A DNA stretch of 64,000 bases from Octopus vulgaris (lineage: Eukaryota): the NCBI GenBank assembly GCA_951406725.2, contig OX597827.1, positions 36,828,001 through 36,892,000 of the forward strand. Reading direction: 5' to 3'. The position numbers and the translations under genes were made by a program. Shown one piece after another: positions 26,623-41,414 of the stretch. The first letter of the stretch is position 1; each line of letters begins with the position of its first letter. The notes beneath the pieces are model-generated. The model was not told the origin of the DNA. It saw only the letters and a program-made list of their open reading frames with translations, and searched no databases.

Positions 26623-26691
<69 letters not shown>

Positions 26692-27240
26692 TTAGGATTG
26701 TGATTTGTGTGGGATATAAATGATTGGCAGTTTTCTGTTTTTCTATGATAAATATATTTGCTTCATCTTTGTTTACTTGTTTGATGCTGAGGTTTATTGT
26801 GCTTGTATATGTTTGGGTATATGTTGTATTATTTTTCATACTGCCCCATGAGACATGTTTTTAGATGTGTCTATAATTATTTTATTGAATGTATGGACTG
26901 CAGTGTCTCTGTTGATGATTGTTGAATTTTGAAAAACCTAGATTTTGTTTCCTGATGAACTTTGTTTTATTCTGTTTCTTTGAAGTGTGTAAAAATGATT
27001 TTGCTTTCTTCACTGATGTGTGAGTGAGTTGAGAAGATAATTGGTAAGTGGTCTGAGACTTGGGGAGTTATTTGCCAAGTTGCTGTGATTGTTAGATAGA
27101 GGTGGAAAGCAAAATGTGATATCTAGGAAAGATTTGTTGTAGTTGGTTTGGTGGGTGAGATGTGTGTATGAATTTCTTAGTTTGGATGGTTTAGGATGTA
27201 AAGGGAATCTAGTTGTAATGATATTGTAATGATATTATGT
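25050..27240 (-). mobile_element. Jockey/I-like LINE RT remnant, heavily decayed and interrupted
   Basis: Minus-strand TSYRSITLL (~25945), GVP*GSVLS (25790-25820) and a DDIT motif (~25720). Boundaries are approximate. Confidence 0.55.
26412..26626 (+). mobile_element. Solo pLTR-like element in (TA)n with hammerhead-like motif at 26489-26523
   Basis: gttt CcGATGA agagc-tcc-gctt GAAAC GTT aaac; TA repeats on both sides. Relatives at 32480-32630, 35434-35650(-), 3165-3275 and ~1475-1790(-). Confidence 0.6.
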
Positions 27241-29230
27241 TACCTTTCTTCTTATTTGTATCATTTAAAAAGCAACAGGTATTGAGGGCATTGAAATCTC
27301 TTCAATGACAGTGTTTGTTGTAGTTTCAAAATGCCACAGCTAGGGATACAGCTTGATGGGAAGAGGTACACACATATGTGTGTGAGTGAGTGTGTGTGTG
27401 TGTGTGTGTATGTGTGTGTGTGCACGTGCACATATATTATATTAATATTCTTTGTGTTGCTAGATTTTAATTTCAAAGCCTGCATTTGCAGCGTGATTTT
27501 TATTCCATATTATATTACAAATATCATTTGTGATACCTGTATACTGAATGTGTTTACTTATGTTATCAAGACTATCCCATTGTGAATGCTCAAAGTTTTA
27601 GGCATTTGACAGTTCTGTTCTGGTGGTAAAGAGAAGATGGAATGACGAAGATAAAAGAATGAGAGAAATAATCTTGCTTGAGTCTAGTATGTGTAGGCTT
27701 TTTGTTCTCTGATGTTTTGACACCTGGTTTTACTTCTCTCCTTTCCACCAAAGCATCAAGCAAAAGTAGTTTTATTTTCTTTTTCCAGGTTAAACTGGAT
27801 TGATACAGTGGATTTATGTGGCTGACAACAACTTCAATGTCAGCTTGATATTGTTATAGCATAAACATATCCAGAAATTTATACTGAGTTTTCTACTGTG
27901 ACTACTAAAACCTGTAATCCTTGGAGCAAATTTGTCTTTGTGCCATTCTTTTCAAATAACAATTAGCAAACATGTCTCACCCCCCCCCCCCCTACACTAA
28001 CAAACCGAGTATTCTTCTGAATGATTGGAATGTGATTGTGCTACCAGATCAGAGTTGACCTAGACTTAAACAACAGATCTGAGGCCTCTGTCTCATAGAA
28101 TTAACCATTTATCTCCATCTTTTAGTTAAGGCTTTATTGTGGAAGATTGATAGTTGCCCTTGCATGCAAACCTACTCTCTTTCAATATCAACTATACAAC
28201 TTAGCATTGGAATTGTTGTTGGTATTGTGACCAGAATACAAAGGACCAGAACAAATGCCACAAAGTATATTATCTGCTGCTTTAATAGTTCTGCCAATCC
28301 ACTGCCCTGAATTAGTATTTTTTTAAAAATCAACCTTGAAAAGATGAAAAACTAAGTTGACCTTGGTGGTATTTATAACTAGAGACAGAGAGTTGAGATA
28401 AATAGTGAATGGCATTCTATCCAAAGGTTTAATGATTCTGCCAATTTGTCATCTTTCAATTAAATGACAACAACTAAATGCAGTCTTCATTACTATAGTT
28501 AAGGAAAAGAAAGACTTAATGCAAACATAGAAAGAGATGGTAATGCTACTGGGGTAGATAAGGTGTTGAATCCCCCATAACCTCACTAACAGTTTTATTC
28601 AATCCTTTCTTCCCAGAACATCTGTCCTTTAGTTTCCTCCTTGCACTTGTCTTTCATACAGGCACCAATTAGGAACAGTCGAAGTAAAATGTCCAAAGTA
28701 TAAATCTGACCAGGCTTGAAGAGCCTGTGAAGGCCATGGGGAAAGCCTTTTCCTCTTGATGAAGATAATGATAATTTAAAAAATCTGCAAGCTTCTTTGT
28801 TGTAGCTTCCAGAGCCAAGTATTTTATAGAATCTGTCAAAAATTCTTGGAAAGATAAAAGGTAAGATTGTTATGAAGAAGCTACAGCTGGGCAGTATCAT
28901 CATATTTCTATGATTAGGCAGGGTTAATGGCACTCTGTTGATGGGTAACATAGAATAAATAATACAATGACAAAGTGAGGATTCTTGTGAATGCTTCTGA
29001 TAGATAGTCTGGAGATGTGATGTGAATTAACAACAACAACAACAACAATGATGATGATGACAATGAAAACACACATTGATGTGATGTTGTAATTGTTAAA
29101 GCTGAACACAAAAAAATAATATGAAGATAGAGAAAAGGAATATTAATGGAAAAGATTAAGAGAAATGAATTGTACTGAAAATAAGAAGCTGGAGATGTGA
29201 TGTGAATTAACAACAACAACAACAACAATA

Positions 29231-29731
<501 letters not shown>

Positions 29732-30476
29732 CTAGCAATGATGATGCATCAGATCAGCTGTTACTTATCATATACTTTTACTTCTTCCCAATTTTCTCAC
29801 TCCCTCTCTTCTCTTGCTCTCTGTATACTTATGTGTATGTGCATCATGTATGCATATTCATATATACAATATATCTATCATAGTTTCTCTCTCCCACACT
29901 CACTCACTCAATCACTCACTCATTCACTCACAATCAATCAATGAATCATTCAATAAAGAAATAAATAAATAAATAAATAAAGAAAGAAAGAAAGAAAGAA
30001 AACTGTCAGCAGACCTGAAAATGAACAGTGGTAAATTATCAGGAAAATGACAGAAAATTTAGATAAATATTTGTATCTAATTGGAAGAAATGTCTGAAGG
30101 CAATCAGACCAACATTGAATTGATTTGTGTAATGTCGTCCTCAATGATGTTTTTTTGCTGTTGCTTGTTGTTGATGTTGATCACACACACCATTCTAGCA
30201 TATTATATGTATTCATTATGTGTGTGTGTGTGTGTGTTTGTGTGTGTATTTGTGTGTGTGTGTGTTTGTGTATGTGTGTGTGTTTATATATTGATATATT
30301 TTTCTAAACTTCATAAGTTCAAATCTAAATGACAAATAAAGAAAAAATTAAAAGGTAAAAATAGATAAATGGATACATTGAAAGAAAGGCTGAGATTATA
30401 TGTCAGTCTGTATGTGTGTGTGTTTATATATATATATATATATATCAAAATAAGCAACAAGGATATCCAAGGTAGA

Positions 30477-30562
30477 GTAGTACAATTGTTTCATGCTACT
30501 TCGTTTTATTAAACCCTGTAAGTATTACATCAGTTTTAAAATGTCGAGCAATCTTCAGCCAC
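30477..30562 (-). ncRNA. Hammerhead ribozyme (mirror copy in left arm)
   Basis: Reverse complement of 30703-30788 with intact core. Confidence 0.6.
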
Positions 30563-30702
30563 ATATAGAATTCTTCAATTAAACGGACAATGCACAATGA
30601 TGAAATTAACCTCCCTGTCTATATATATACCCTCTTTGCAATGTTGGCAAATGAAATAAGTATAAGAAAGTGCATTGTCCGTTTAATTGAAAGATTCTAT
30701 AT

Positions 30703-30788
30703 GTGGCTGAAGATTGCTCGACATGTTAAAACTGATGTAATACTTACAGGGTTTAATGAAATGAAGTAGCATGAAACAATTGTACTAC
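30703..30788 (+). ncRNA. Type I hammerhead with long stem/loop II
   Basis: gtgg CTGAAGA ttgct...agcat GAAAC aatt GTA ctac. Stem I gtgg/ctac; palindromic ACAATTGT. Confidence 0.65.
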
Positions 30789-31286
30789 TCTACCTTGGAT
30801 ATCCTTGTTGCTTATTTTGATTATAATCACCCCATTTGATTTATATGGATAATACCATACAAAATTCTGGTGCCTTTAAATTAAGTACCATATTCATCTG
30901 AATCTAAATTTTGCTGAACTTATATATATATATATCAATTATCCCACCTCATCATCAACAGACAAGACAGGCAGGTACAAAAAAAAAAGTAGAACTTCTT
31001 TATGGTGTAGGAAATTTGCATAAATGAAATGAAAATGAGCTAAGAGAAATAACTAAGAATAGCCAGTAACAGGCATTTATAAAGCAGATAAAAAGAAGGG
31101 TATATTAAATAAAATACAAGATAAACTCTTGTATTATTGAAATTATTTCCACTTCCAGAGAGAGTAGACCAAGTGCTTCATGGCATTTGGCATGCCAAGT
31201 TCAAATGAGTAGGAAAGATAATCTAAAGAATCAAAAATTCTCAAAAACTAACATGCCATTTAGGAAAAAAAATCAAATCACATTGA

Positions 31287-31690
31287 AGTGGCTGTGTGGT
31301 AAGTAGCTTGTTTATCAACCACATGGTTCCAGGTTCAGCCCCATTGTGTGGCACCTTGGGCAAGTGTCTTCTACTATAGCTTCTGGTCGACCAAAGCCTT
31401 GTGAGTGGATTTGGTAGACGGAAACTGAAAGAAGCCAGTCGTATATATGTATATATATATATATATATGTGTGTGTGCATATGTTTATGTGTCTGTGTTT
31501 GTTCCCCCAATATCACTTGACAACCGATGCTGGTGTGTTTATGTCGCCGTAACTTAGTGGTTCGGCAACAGAGACCGATAGAATAAGTACTAGGCTTACA
31601 AAGAATAAGTCCTGGGGTCGATTTGCTCGACTAAAGATGGTGCTCCAGCATGGCCGCAGTCAAATGACAGGAACAAGTAAAAGAGTAATT
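31287..31690 (+). mobile_element. tRNA-headed SINE family B
   Basis: A-box-like gtggctgtgtggtaag, B-box-like ggttcagccc, core ccttgggcaagtgtcttctactatagc, internal TA/TG tract, tail aaagagtaa. Confidence 0.8.
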
Positions 31691-31800
31691 GTCTGAAGAC
31701 AAAAGGACAGCAAGTATTTCTACTTCAATAGGTATCATCAGTACAGCATTTGACTTATCTGCAGCAGACAAAAAAGCTTTAAAACACACACACACACATG

Positions 31801-31853
<53 letters not shown>

Positions 31854-31869
31854 CCACACACAGAAACAG

Positions 31870-32047
31870 AGAGTGCTGAAAAGATCCTGGCTTTGGGTAA
31901 AAACAAGTAGGAGGACCAGTTAGTTATCATTTTATTGAACATATTCCCGTCCAGATACACACACTTATTGCAACAGTTCTTCAGTTTTTCTAAGCCCTGT
32001 AAAAGAACTCGGAAGGCTGGGCTTCCAACCAGAAGTTTTCAGCACCA
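31870..32047. mobile_element. Tc1/mariner-derived MITE
   Basis: TIRs gtgctgaaaagatcctgg / ccagaagttttcagcac; a second copy in opposite orientation at 33905-34112. Confidence 0.65.
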
Positions 32048-32640
32048 CTTGTCTATATAACTTCATAGATTCCTGAGTAGTTAGATAGATAAAAAAAACA
32101 ATACACTGTACATTACAGTAGCAGATAGATTTTATATATATTTATACATATATATAAAATATATCTGCTACTGTAATTATATATATATAATTACAGATAA
32201 CAAGTTGTGTGGATGTATTAAAGTTAATTAAAGTTGTTTATGGTTATTTTTGTGACTTCTGTATTCAAGTATTTAGTGTTTAATTTTAATGGGCTAAAGT
32301 GCGGAGTGTAGGTCATCTATTACTGAAAGAGTAAAATGGTAAAACAGAAGAAATATTGAAGGAGAATAAGAAGGAGGGGTAAAAGAGAGTAAGATGAAAT
32401 TGTAATAGTATACATAAACCAGTGGAATATAAAAATACAGAAAATATAAGTGAATCAGAAAAGGACATTAAAGATACCAATATATATGTCTCCTGTTTCC
32501 GAAGAAGAGCTTTGCTTGAAACTTAATAAAACAACCACTCTTTTTTCCCTTCTCTGAGTGTCATATTAACAGTTTGCATGTACCACGTCCTCATGTTGTT
32601 GTTTTTTCCTGTTGTCTTTTTTTCTAATTTTTTTTAATTA

Positions 32641-33045
32641 GGCATGGCTGTGTGGTAAGAAGCTTGCTTCCCAACCACATAGTTCTAGGTTCAGTTCCAT
32701 TGCATAGCACCTTGGGCAAGATCTTCTACTACAGCTTCGGGCCAACCAAAGTCTTGTGAGTGGATTTGGTAGATGGAAACTGAAAGAAGCCTGTCGTATA
32801 TATATATATATATATATATGCGTGTGTGTATGTATGTTTGTATATGTATATATTTGTGTGTTTGGTCTGTATTTGTCCCTCCATTATCACTTAACAACTG
32901 ATCTTGGTGTGTTTACGTCCCTGTAACATAGCAGTTTGGCAAAAGAGACTGATAGAATAAGGCCAGGGGTCAATTTCTTTGACTAAAAGGCGGTACTTCA
33001 GCATGGCATCAGTCAAAATGACTGAAAGAAGTAGAAGAGTAAAGA

Positions 33046-33046
<1 letters not shown>
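32641..33046 (+). mobile_element. tRNA-headed SINE family B
   Basis: Homologous to 31287-31690. Confidence 0.75.
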
Positions 33047-33103
<57 letters not shown>

Positions 33104-33149
33104 TTATGTATATGTATATGTGACATATATACATATATATGTATGACAG

Positions 33150-33840
33150 AAAAAGAGAAATGTGGGGCATAAGGGACATCAGATGTTTGGTCATGTGTTG
33201 CATATGAAGGAGGACAGTTGTGCAAAGAAGTACCAATCTCTAACTGTGGAGGGAACCTGCGGTAGAGGTAGACCCAGGAAGACATGGGATGAGGTTGTGA
33301 AGTGTGATCTTTGAACATTGGGCCTCACAGAGGCAATGGCTAGTGGCCAAAACCTTTGGTGATATGCCATGCTTGAGAAGACCCATCAAGTCAAGTGAAA
33401 TACTAATCATGGCTGATGCTGGTATCACATAAATGGCACCTGTGCCAGTGACATGTAAAAAGCACCTTTCAAATATTAGGTCTTATGGAGATAATATGGC
33501 TGATGCCGGTGGCATGTAAAAAACACCTTTTGAGCATTGGACCTCATAAAGGCAGCGACAAATGATCAAGACCTTTGGCAATATGCTGTACTGGAGAAGG
33601 AGACCCATTGAGCCAAGTGAAATCATAGCTGTGACAGGTACTGGTGTCACACAACTTGCACCTGTGCTTGTGTCATGTAACTGTCATTTACACTCTTGGA
33701 GTGGTTGATGTTAGGAAGGGCATCCAGCCGTAGACACCATATTAAATCAAACTGGAGTCTGGTGTAGCCCCCTCGGCTTGCAGCCCTGCTCAAACTGTCC
33801 AACCCATGCCAGCATAGACAACAGACATTAAATGATGATG
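33150..33840 (+). mobile_element. RTE-clade LINE 3' end with repeat-bearing 3' UTR and (GAT)n tail
   Basis: FGHVLHMKEDSCAKK..VEGTCGRGRPRKTWDEVV..DL, followed by gcatgtaaaaagcacc repeats and the same tail as 11680-11850. Confidence 0.75.
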
Positions 33841-33904
33841 ATGTTGATGATGATGATGATGATGATGTTGATGATGATGATGATGATGATGATGATATAT
33901 ACAA

Positions 33905-34112
33905 TGGGGTGCTGAAAAGTTCCTGGCTTTAAGGGTATCACAAAAGTCCTGTTGGAAGCCCAACCTTCCCAGTTCTTTCACAGGGCTTAGAAAAACTGAA
34001 GGACCACTGCAATAAGTGTGTGAATCTGAGTGGGAAATATGTTAACTAAAATCATAATTAACTGTTCTTCCTGTATTTCTTTTACCCAAAGCCAGGAACA
34101 TTTCAACACCTA
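33905..34112. mobile_element. Tc1/mariner-derived MITE
   Basis: ggggtgctgaaaagttcctggcttt ... aaagccaggaacatttcaacacc. Confidence 0.65.
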
Positions 34113-34214
34113 CTCCCTCGTGTGTTTGTGTGTGTGTTTGGTTTTATGTTCAGTTATGATAAAAACAGTTTTGCATTAATCTGAATTTGTTATTCTTTAA
34201 CTAGAATGATACTT

Positions 34215-34862
34215 CAGGTAATGATTCAGCTATGACAGCAAGGTCATTAGCTTAGAGAAGCTCTCAGGGGCAGCCTGTCATGAATTCCTCTGTTATTGCC
34301 TGGAGAACTATGATGAACAAGAGGGGGGGCTGAGCATCAGTCCTTGGTGAACCCCTACTTGTACCCTGAATTCTTTGCTGTATTCATTGTCCACCCACAC
34401 CTTACTAGTAGCGTCCCTGTACAAGGTTTGTACAGCTCTCACCAACCCCTCGTCTATCCCTAGTTTCTCCATTGACCACCAAGTCAACAAAAGCTAAGTA
34501 CAGAGGTTTATCTTTGGCTAGGTATTTCTCCTGCATCAGCGGTGCTTCTACCTGGCACAAAGCCAAACTGCATCTCATCTAGACTAACTCTCTCACTGAT
34601 TAGTTGGACTATGCCTCTCTCTGCAACTTTCATCACTTGATCCAACAATTTGATACCTCTGTAATTATTTCTATCTAACACATCACCTTTACCTTTGTAT
34701 CACTTGACTATGGTGCTGCTACACCAGTCATTAGGTATGATTCCTTCATGAACCACCTGATTTACAATACAAGTGACTAGACCATAACCCACACTGCTAC
34801 ATATTTTAAGCATCTCAGTGATTATTCTTGATGGGCCGGGGAGGGGGGGAGGGGCTTCCTTG
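34215..34862 (-). mobile_element. RTE-clade LINE RT fragment
   Basis: IPNDWCSSTIV, YRGIKLL and WWSMEKLGIDEGLVRAVQTLY..VQVGVHQGLMLSP. Confidence 0.8.
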
Positions 34863-35374
34863 ACTTCATGTATATATATATAAAATATATATACACACAC
34901 ACATATATGTTATAAATTAGAACAAACTGTAAAAGGTTGTCATTATAGTATTTGGAGTTTCAAATGCCAGAGTGAAGAACTATGATACATTCTTGTCGGC
35001 TATTAATGGCAACAGATGCTACAAAAACCATTAAATACAAGGGAAGTAACTGTAATAGGTGGAAAAAGAAAAAAGATAAAGATAAAAATATAAAAAACAT
35101 AAATAAAAATATGCACAACCATATTTTCACAATACATAGACATAAACCTCCTGTGTTCACAATGTCTACATATGTAGATACTCACACAAACATGTATATG
35201 TATATGCACACACACAAACATATGTATGTACGTACTCATACATACATATCCACACACACACACACATGTCTATATGTACACAACCGCATCTTTATATACA
35301 CATAGGTGCTTACATGCATACATGTAACAATGCATATATGTTTAGACATTTATATGCATATGTATATGTGTGTG

Positions 35375-35437
<63 letters not shown>

Positions 35438-35489
35438 AATTCCAAAAATTGAAGAACAAACACAAAAAAAACCACCACAACGCAAGGAC

Positions 35490-35524
35490 GTTTAATGTTT
35501 CGAGCAATGCTCTTCTTCAAAAAC
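35490..35524 (-). ncRNA. Degenerate hammerhead-like motif in solo pLTR-like repeat
   Basis: Minus strand: gttt TTGAAGA agagc-att-gctc GAAAC ATT aaac; the element abuts (TA)n at 35378-35433. Confidence 0.45.
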
Positions 35525-36151
35525 AGAGGAAAGTCCAATAGAAAGGAAGACAGAGGAAGAAAATTGCCAACAATTCACATGTGGTTACATTTCGGAATGA
35601 CTGAAAGGGTAAGGGTGAAGTTCTTTCTCAGATAGGAGAGTGTAAGAGAAGGATGTATGTGTGGGTATGTGCGTGCTCACAAGACTGTGTGTGTAATAGC
35701 ATGTGTGTGTGCATATGTGTGTGTATGTGGTTTTGGCTGTTTATATGTGTATGTGTGAGTGGCCTGGTAGCTTTGTGTAGTTGTGTGTCTCTTCACATGT
35801 GCATAGAGGAATGGTCGGTAGAAAGGTGTTTGACTGGCAGTTTGAAGTATGTCTGTGCGTGTGTATGTATGTGTGTGTGTGTGTATTTATATGTTGTGCG
35901 CGTAGTATGTGGGGTTATGTGTATGGAGTATATGTGCGTTCCTCTGTGCATGTGTGCATGCGTGTGTGTGTGTGTGTGCATGTATCTGATGTGTATATGC
36001 CCATGTATGTGTGTGCATGTGTGTGTATGTGTGTATGCATGAGGTTGTGTATGTTAGGTATGTGTGCATTCCTGTGCAGCCTGTGTACACATGTATGTGT
36101 GCATGTGTATATATATATGTTTGTATATATATGTATGTGTGTGTGTGTATG

Positions 36152-36192
<41 letters not shown>

Positions 36193-36312
36193 TCATATGT
36201 GTATGTGTGCATGGTGGGGAAAAATATGCTGAAGTAATACTGTTGATTGACGTGAATTTTGAAGAAAATAGAAAGTAAAAATATATTCAGATGAAAAGAT
36301 TTCAGTGTGTTA

Positions 36313-36346
<34 letters not shown>

Positions 36347-36496
36347 ACATACACACATAGTTATTGATGTATAATGTTTATTTGTATCTATAGTTATTTA
36401 TTTATGCATAATGTATTTATATATCCATCTATTTTTGTCTGTCTGTCTAACCTATTTATCCATTGATCTATATATGTATGTACACACACACATGTA

Positions 36497-36562
<66 letters not shown>

Positions 36563-37974
36563 GCTATCATCATCATCATCGTTTAACGTCTGTTTTCCAT
36601 GCTAGCACGGGTTGGACAGTTCAACCAGGGTCTGGGAAGCCAGGAGGCTGCACCAGGCTCCAGTCTGATCTGGCAGTGTTTCTATAGCTGGATGCCCTTC
36701 CTAATGCCAACCACGTGAGTGTAGTGGGTGCTTTTTACGTGCTACCGGCACAGGTGCCAGGGGAGGCAGGTACCTACCATCTGTCTCTCTGTCTATCGAT
36801 CTCCTTGTCTGTGTGAATGTATGTATATAAATCACTTAATATATTTTGCTATGGACACAGATATAATAAAATCTTTAATAGAATCTCATTTAAAATTAGC
36901 TATTGTTGTAAAATCTATTAAGCAGTGTAAAGGTATAAAGTGCTCTGATGTTAATATCAATACTTCTACATGTAATTATGTGAAGCCTCAACAACAACCT
37001 CTTTATTGATAGTTGTTGGTCTGTGAGATTATGTAAAGTATGAGGGTGCAAAATGACAACAATCCAATATCAAAGATTTACTCTGGATTGATGGACAAAA
37101 TATATTTATATGTGATTTTACTAGTGTAAGAATTCTTTAAATAGTCAGATAAAATGTTTTCTCTGTGTCTAAGTATATTTGGCTTTTAAAACAATGTAGC
37201 TCTGCACCTTTTAAGGTATACTTGCTTATCTTAGAATACATGTTCGTCCATGCAGGCATGGCTCCCAGCATGCCTGTGCATGGTGTACTTTGTGCTTCAG
37301 TAAAGATTCTTCCTTATATTCAGAACTAATTGGATTTTGAATGGAAAAGGTGAATTATTAAATTCTTGCAGGTATTTCTTGAGATTCTTGTGTTGTAATC
37401 TAATACTTTGCAATAATGAAATACATATAAGTACTATATTGAACAGTCCCATTGAAATGCATATTAAATGATTTTAAATGATACTTTGACCGACTAATTT
37501 TATACCTCGGTTTGAAAATTTTTTACTATTTTCTATTTTCTCATATTTTCCGTAATCAACGGAACATTTTTAATTTCCTGATTTGACAAACTCTTACCCT
37601 TTATGCTGTGAAACTCTCTGTTTTAGAATAGCTCTCTCCCTTGTAATTAATAAAATATTTTACATCTATTGAAAAAAATTAATTTACATACTTTAAAATA
37701 AATTCATCTGAAGAATTTGAAATATTCTAGGCAAGGTCTCACTTCTTTACCTATAACTATATTTTCTAAGTAGTATATATTTGTCAACTCATGCACATAT
37801 TTACCTATATACACCCATGTTAGCTTACGTATGTACCTGTGTATATGTTTGTGTAATATACATTGTAGCATTTATTTTTATATATTTCTATCTTCTATTT
37901 TTAACATATTTTCTTTGCTTATTCAATGTTTTTTCACATGCACATGCATGCTCTCTCTCTCTCTCTCTCTCTCC

Positions 37975-38036
<62 letters not shown>

Positions 38037-39379
38037 CCCTTTGATACTAACCTGCCTGAAACTGTTCTTCCTTTGATGATACAAATTTCCTGTTTTAAAG
38101 CAATGTAAAATAGTTTTCTAGCAGAATTTCATGTTAATTTGTATTTCAAAACACCAGACAAACGAAGTCAGAAAGGTGGGAATAAGAAGGTTCATGTCCA
38201 TTTTAGATACATTTATATTTATTATATATATATTACCATACCTGTTTCATAAAAATGCCAAGAGTTTTATAAATGATAGAAAATGGCTCAAGACAATTGA
38301 AGAAACCATAGATAAATGTCACCAATCGAGCAAATATATGTACATACACAGAATAGAAGCACTTAATCAGATACAATTGTAACATTACAGTCACTCACTT
38401 CCATTATGTTGCTTTAGTTTCCCCTCACCATCATGACCAATGTGTAACACATTGCGATTTATCATATGTACAATATCTCTTTTATATATTCTATTTATGT
38501 ACTTATACAACTTTGGCCCTCTATTACAATTTATTCTTCTCCTGTTCCTCCACTACAATTTGTCAACTTATTCAATCCTTGATATTTGTACAAATAATGA
38601 TTGTACAAATTATCCAATAGCATCTTTTCCTTTCCAAAGTTGTTGGCAAGCTTTATCCAATCATCATTACATATTTGCTACAATATTTTTTATGTCTGCT
38701 CTATTCACATGCTGCTTTTCCATGTAATGGTCTTGACCTGTTGTACTCTGTAATAGTCTTGACTTGTTCTACTCTGAGATAGTCTTAACCAGTTGTACTC
38801 TTGGCTCTGTCAATATGTTTCTGTATGCTCATCTTTGTCTACTTCCAGGTCAACTCTGATGATCAGATCATATTCACTAATAGTCAATGACATTTCACCC
38901 CTAACCATTATGTATTATATAAGACTACATTATTTAATATACCTTGTCCTTATTATAAGACAGTATTGTGTGATGTGAGAAAGATTTGGCTCTTATTTTT
39001 AGCAGATTAAGTGACCACATAGACGCTTCCTCAATTGTTTGTATGTCTGTAACTTCTAGTGATAAACCCCAACAGCTGTGGTGAAAGTGAATCCAGTTTC
39101 ATTATAACAGTTTCCGTTTCTTTGTTCTTTCCATTGTTTGGAGTTAATGGAGACAACTTCACTGATGTTTGTCCTTGTTGTGACACAATGATGTAAGTCC
39201 ATCTCTGTTTAAGTAACTACTGTTGGCAAATCCTGATATCTATGCAATATCTATGATATTTCAATATCTGTAATTATTCTAAATAGATTTATAACTGCAT
39301 CAACTTCTCTAGATTTATTGTTTCAGCAATGAAGTTGGGCCAGTCTTTCATTCCCTCACCTCTACTAAATTCACAAAAA

Positions 39380-39825
39380 CAGAAGATCAAGCCCATTATA
39401 ACTATAGTCATCATAATTATCCCTTGTCATAATTACCATTGTCGTTATTATTGTCATCAATCATTTTCATCGTTATCATCAGCAGTTTTTATCATCATCA
39501 CCATGGTTGTCGTCATCGTCATCAACATTGCTATCACTATCACCATTACCATCACTATCATTATCAATATCATTATCAACACCACTATCACCTTCCTTAT
39601 CATAATATTCAACATAAAAACCACCACGACCACCATGAACACCACCACTACCACCACAACCACCACCACCACCACCATCACCACCATCACCACCATCACC
39701 GCCACTGCTGCCAATACCACCACCACCACTGCCACCACCAACCCCACTGCCACCGCTGCCGCCACCACCACCGCCGCCACCACCACCACCCTCCTCCTCC
39801 TTATCATCATCATCATCATCAAATA
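39380..39825. repeat. Low-complexity (CAT/CAC/CCG)n mosaic
   Basis: Seen directly; gives poly-His and poly-Thr ORFs. Confidence 0.85.
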
Positions 39826-40009
39826 ATGTCTGATAAACATTCATGTGTCAATGTCTGCATTATGTCTTCTTATTGATTTATCTGTGTTTACGCTGGTGTA
39901 CACAGAGTCCTGTCTTTAGTTTAACTCTATAGAGTCTTTTAAGACATTGTAACACAGTCTATATATGGAAGTACCAGTGTGTGTGTGTACACACATACAC
40001 ACAAATATA

Positions 40010-40124
<115 letters not shown>

Positions 40125-41039
40125 TAATCCCCATCAGTATTGGCAATGTTTATTCTGACGTACACAAATTTCTGTCTTTAACTATATACAGTCTTTTAAA
40201 GCAACTCTCCTCAATGCACACACACACACACATGCACACCAATATAACCTATCATATATCATTTATTGATATTTACAACAGTCTGCCATAGTGAACCATG
40301 TTACATCACTCCCCCCCTCTCTCTCTCTCTCTCATATTTCATTCAACATAAACTATATATAATTCCTTATTTCCCTATAATTATGCTGCTGTCCAGATTT
40401 TCCATCTCAGAGTTTTAGTTAAATGTTGTTCAATAACAACAACATTCGAAGCAATCTTCTTCTTCTTCTTCTTCTTCTCCTCCTCCTCCTCCTCCTCCTC
40501 CCCCATCTCCCCTCCTACTCTCCTCCTCCCCCACCACTTCTCCTCCTCCTCCCCCCATCTCCCCTCCTACTCTCCTCCTCCCCCACCACTTCTCCTCCTC
40601 CTCCCCCCATCTCCCCTCCTACTCTCCTCCTCCCCCACCACTTCTCCTCCTCCTCCTCTCAGATGCAGCCACATCACATTATATCCACTGATATCTGATC
40701 TACCCTCCACAAACTATAATCTCTTGTTTCTTCCAACTGCTATTATCCAGTCCGCCTGATTCTAGTTATAAACAGTCGGATCAAACTATAACTTTTTTCC
40801 AGCTAAATAATCTAAAGTTGCTAAGTTTGTTTCCCAAAAGTAATTGGACACCTACTGAAATAGTTGTATGCACATTTTTAGCCCGGATTAAGTGATATGC
40901 TTGTTTCAAAATTCTGCTACATATTATTGTGGCTTGCCAAAATTATTTTCAAGCAAAGGAGTAGTGGTTACAGATGTCCTCTCTTCTCACCTATCCTGAT
41001 GTTCAGCAAATAAACTGCTCCTGCCTATCTTTTATCTTT

Positions 41040-41322
41040 TGTTTTTTATCTTTTACTTCTTTCAGTTATTGAACTGTGGCCATACTGGGGCATCACCTTG
41101 ATGGGTTTAGTGACACAAATTGACTCCAGTACTTATTTTATGTTTTTCCTTCAAATCTGATCTGATAGAATTTCTTCAAATTCTATCCATCCTATTTTTT
41201 TTTTTGTTTTGGCGGAATTGCTAAGTTATAAAGCTGCAAACAAATGAACATTAGTTGCCAAGATGAGGAACAAACACAAAGGCACACATACATGCAGACA
41301 CACACACACACAGACACACACA

Positions 41323-41414
<92 letters not shown>

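Larger units (their letters stand above)
30444..30920. mobile_element. Small foldback-plus-tail element with hammerheads, inserted in (TA)n
   Basis: Arms 30444-30595 and 30670-30821 (5 mismatches), 74-bp spacer, tail 30822-30920, TA repeats on both sides. Confidence 0.8.

Noticed and set aside
31287-31360. tRNA gene
   Set aside because: tRNA-like A/B boxes run into a SINE body and recur in many copies; no cloverleaf.
39329-39876. His-, Thr- or Gly-rich protein ORFs
   Set aside because: Trinucleotide low-complexity mosaic open in several frames.
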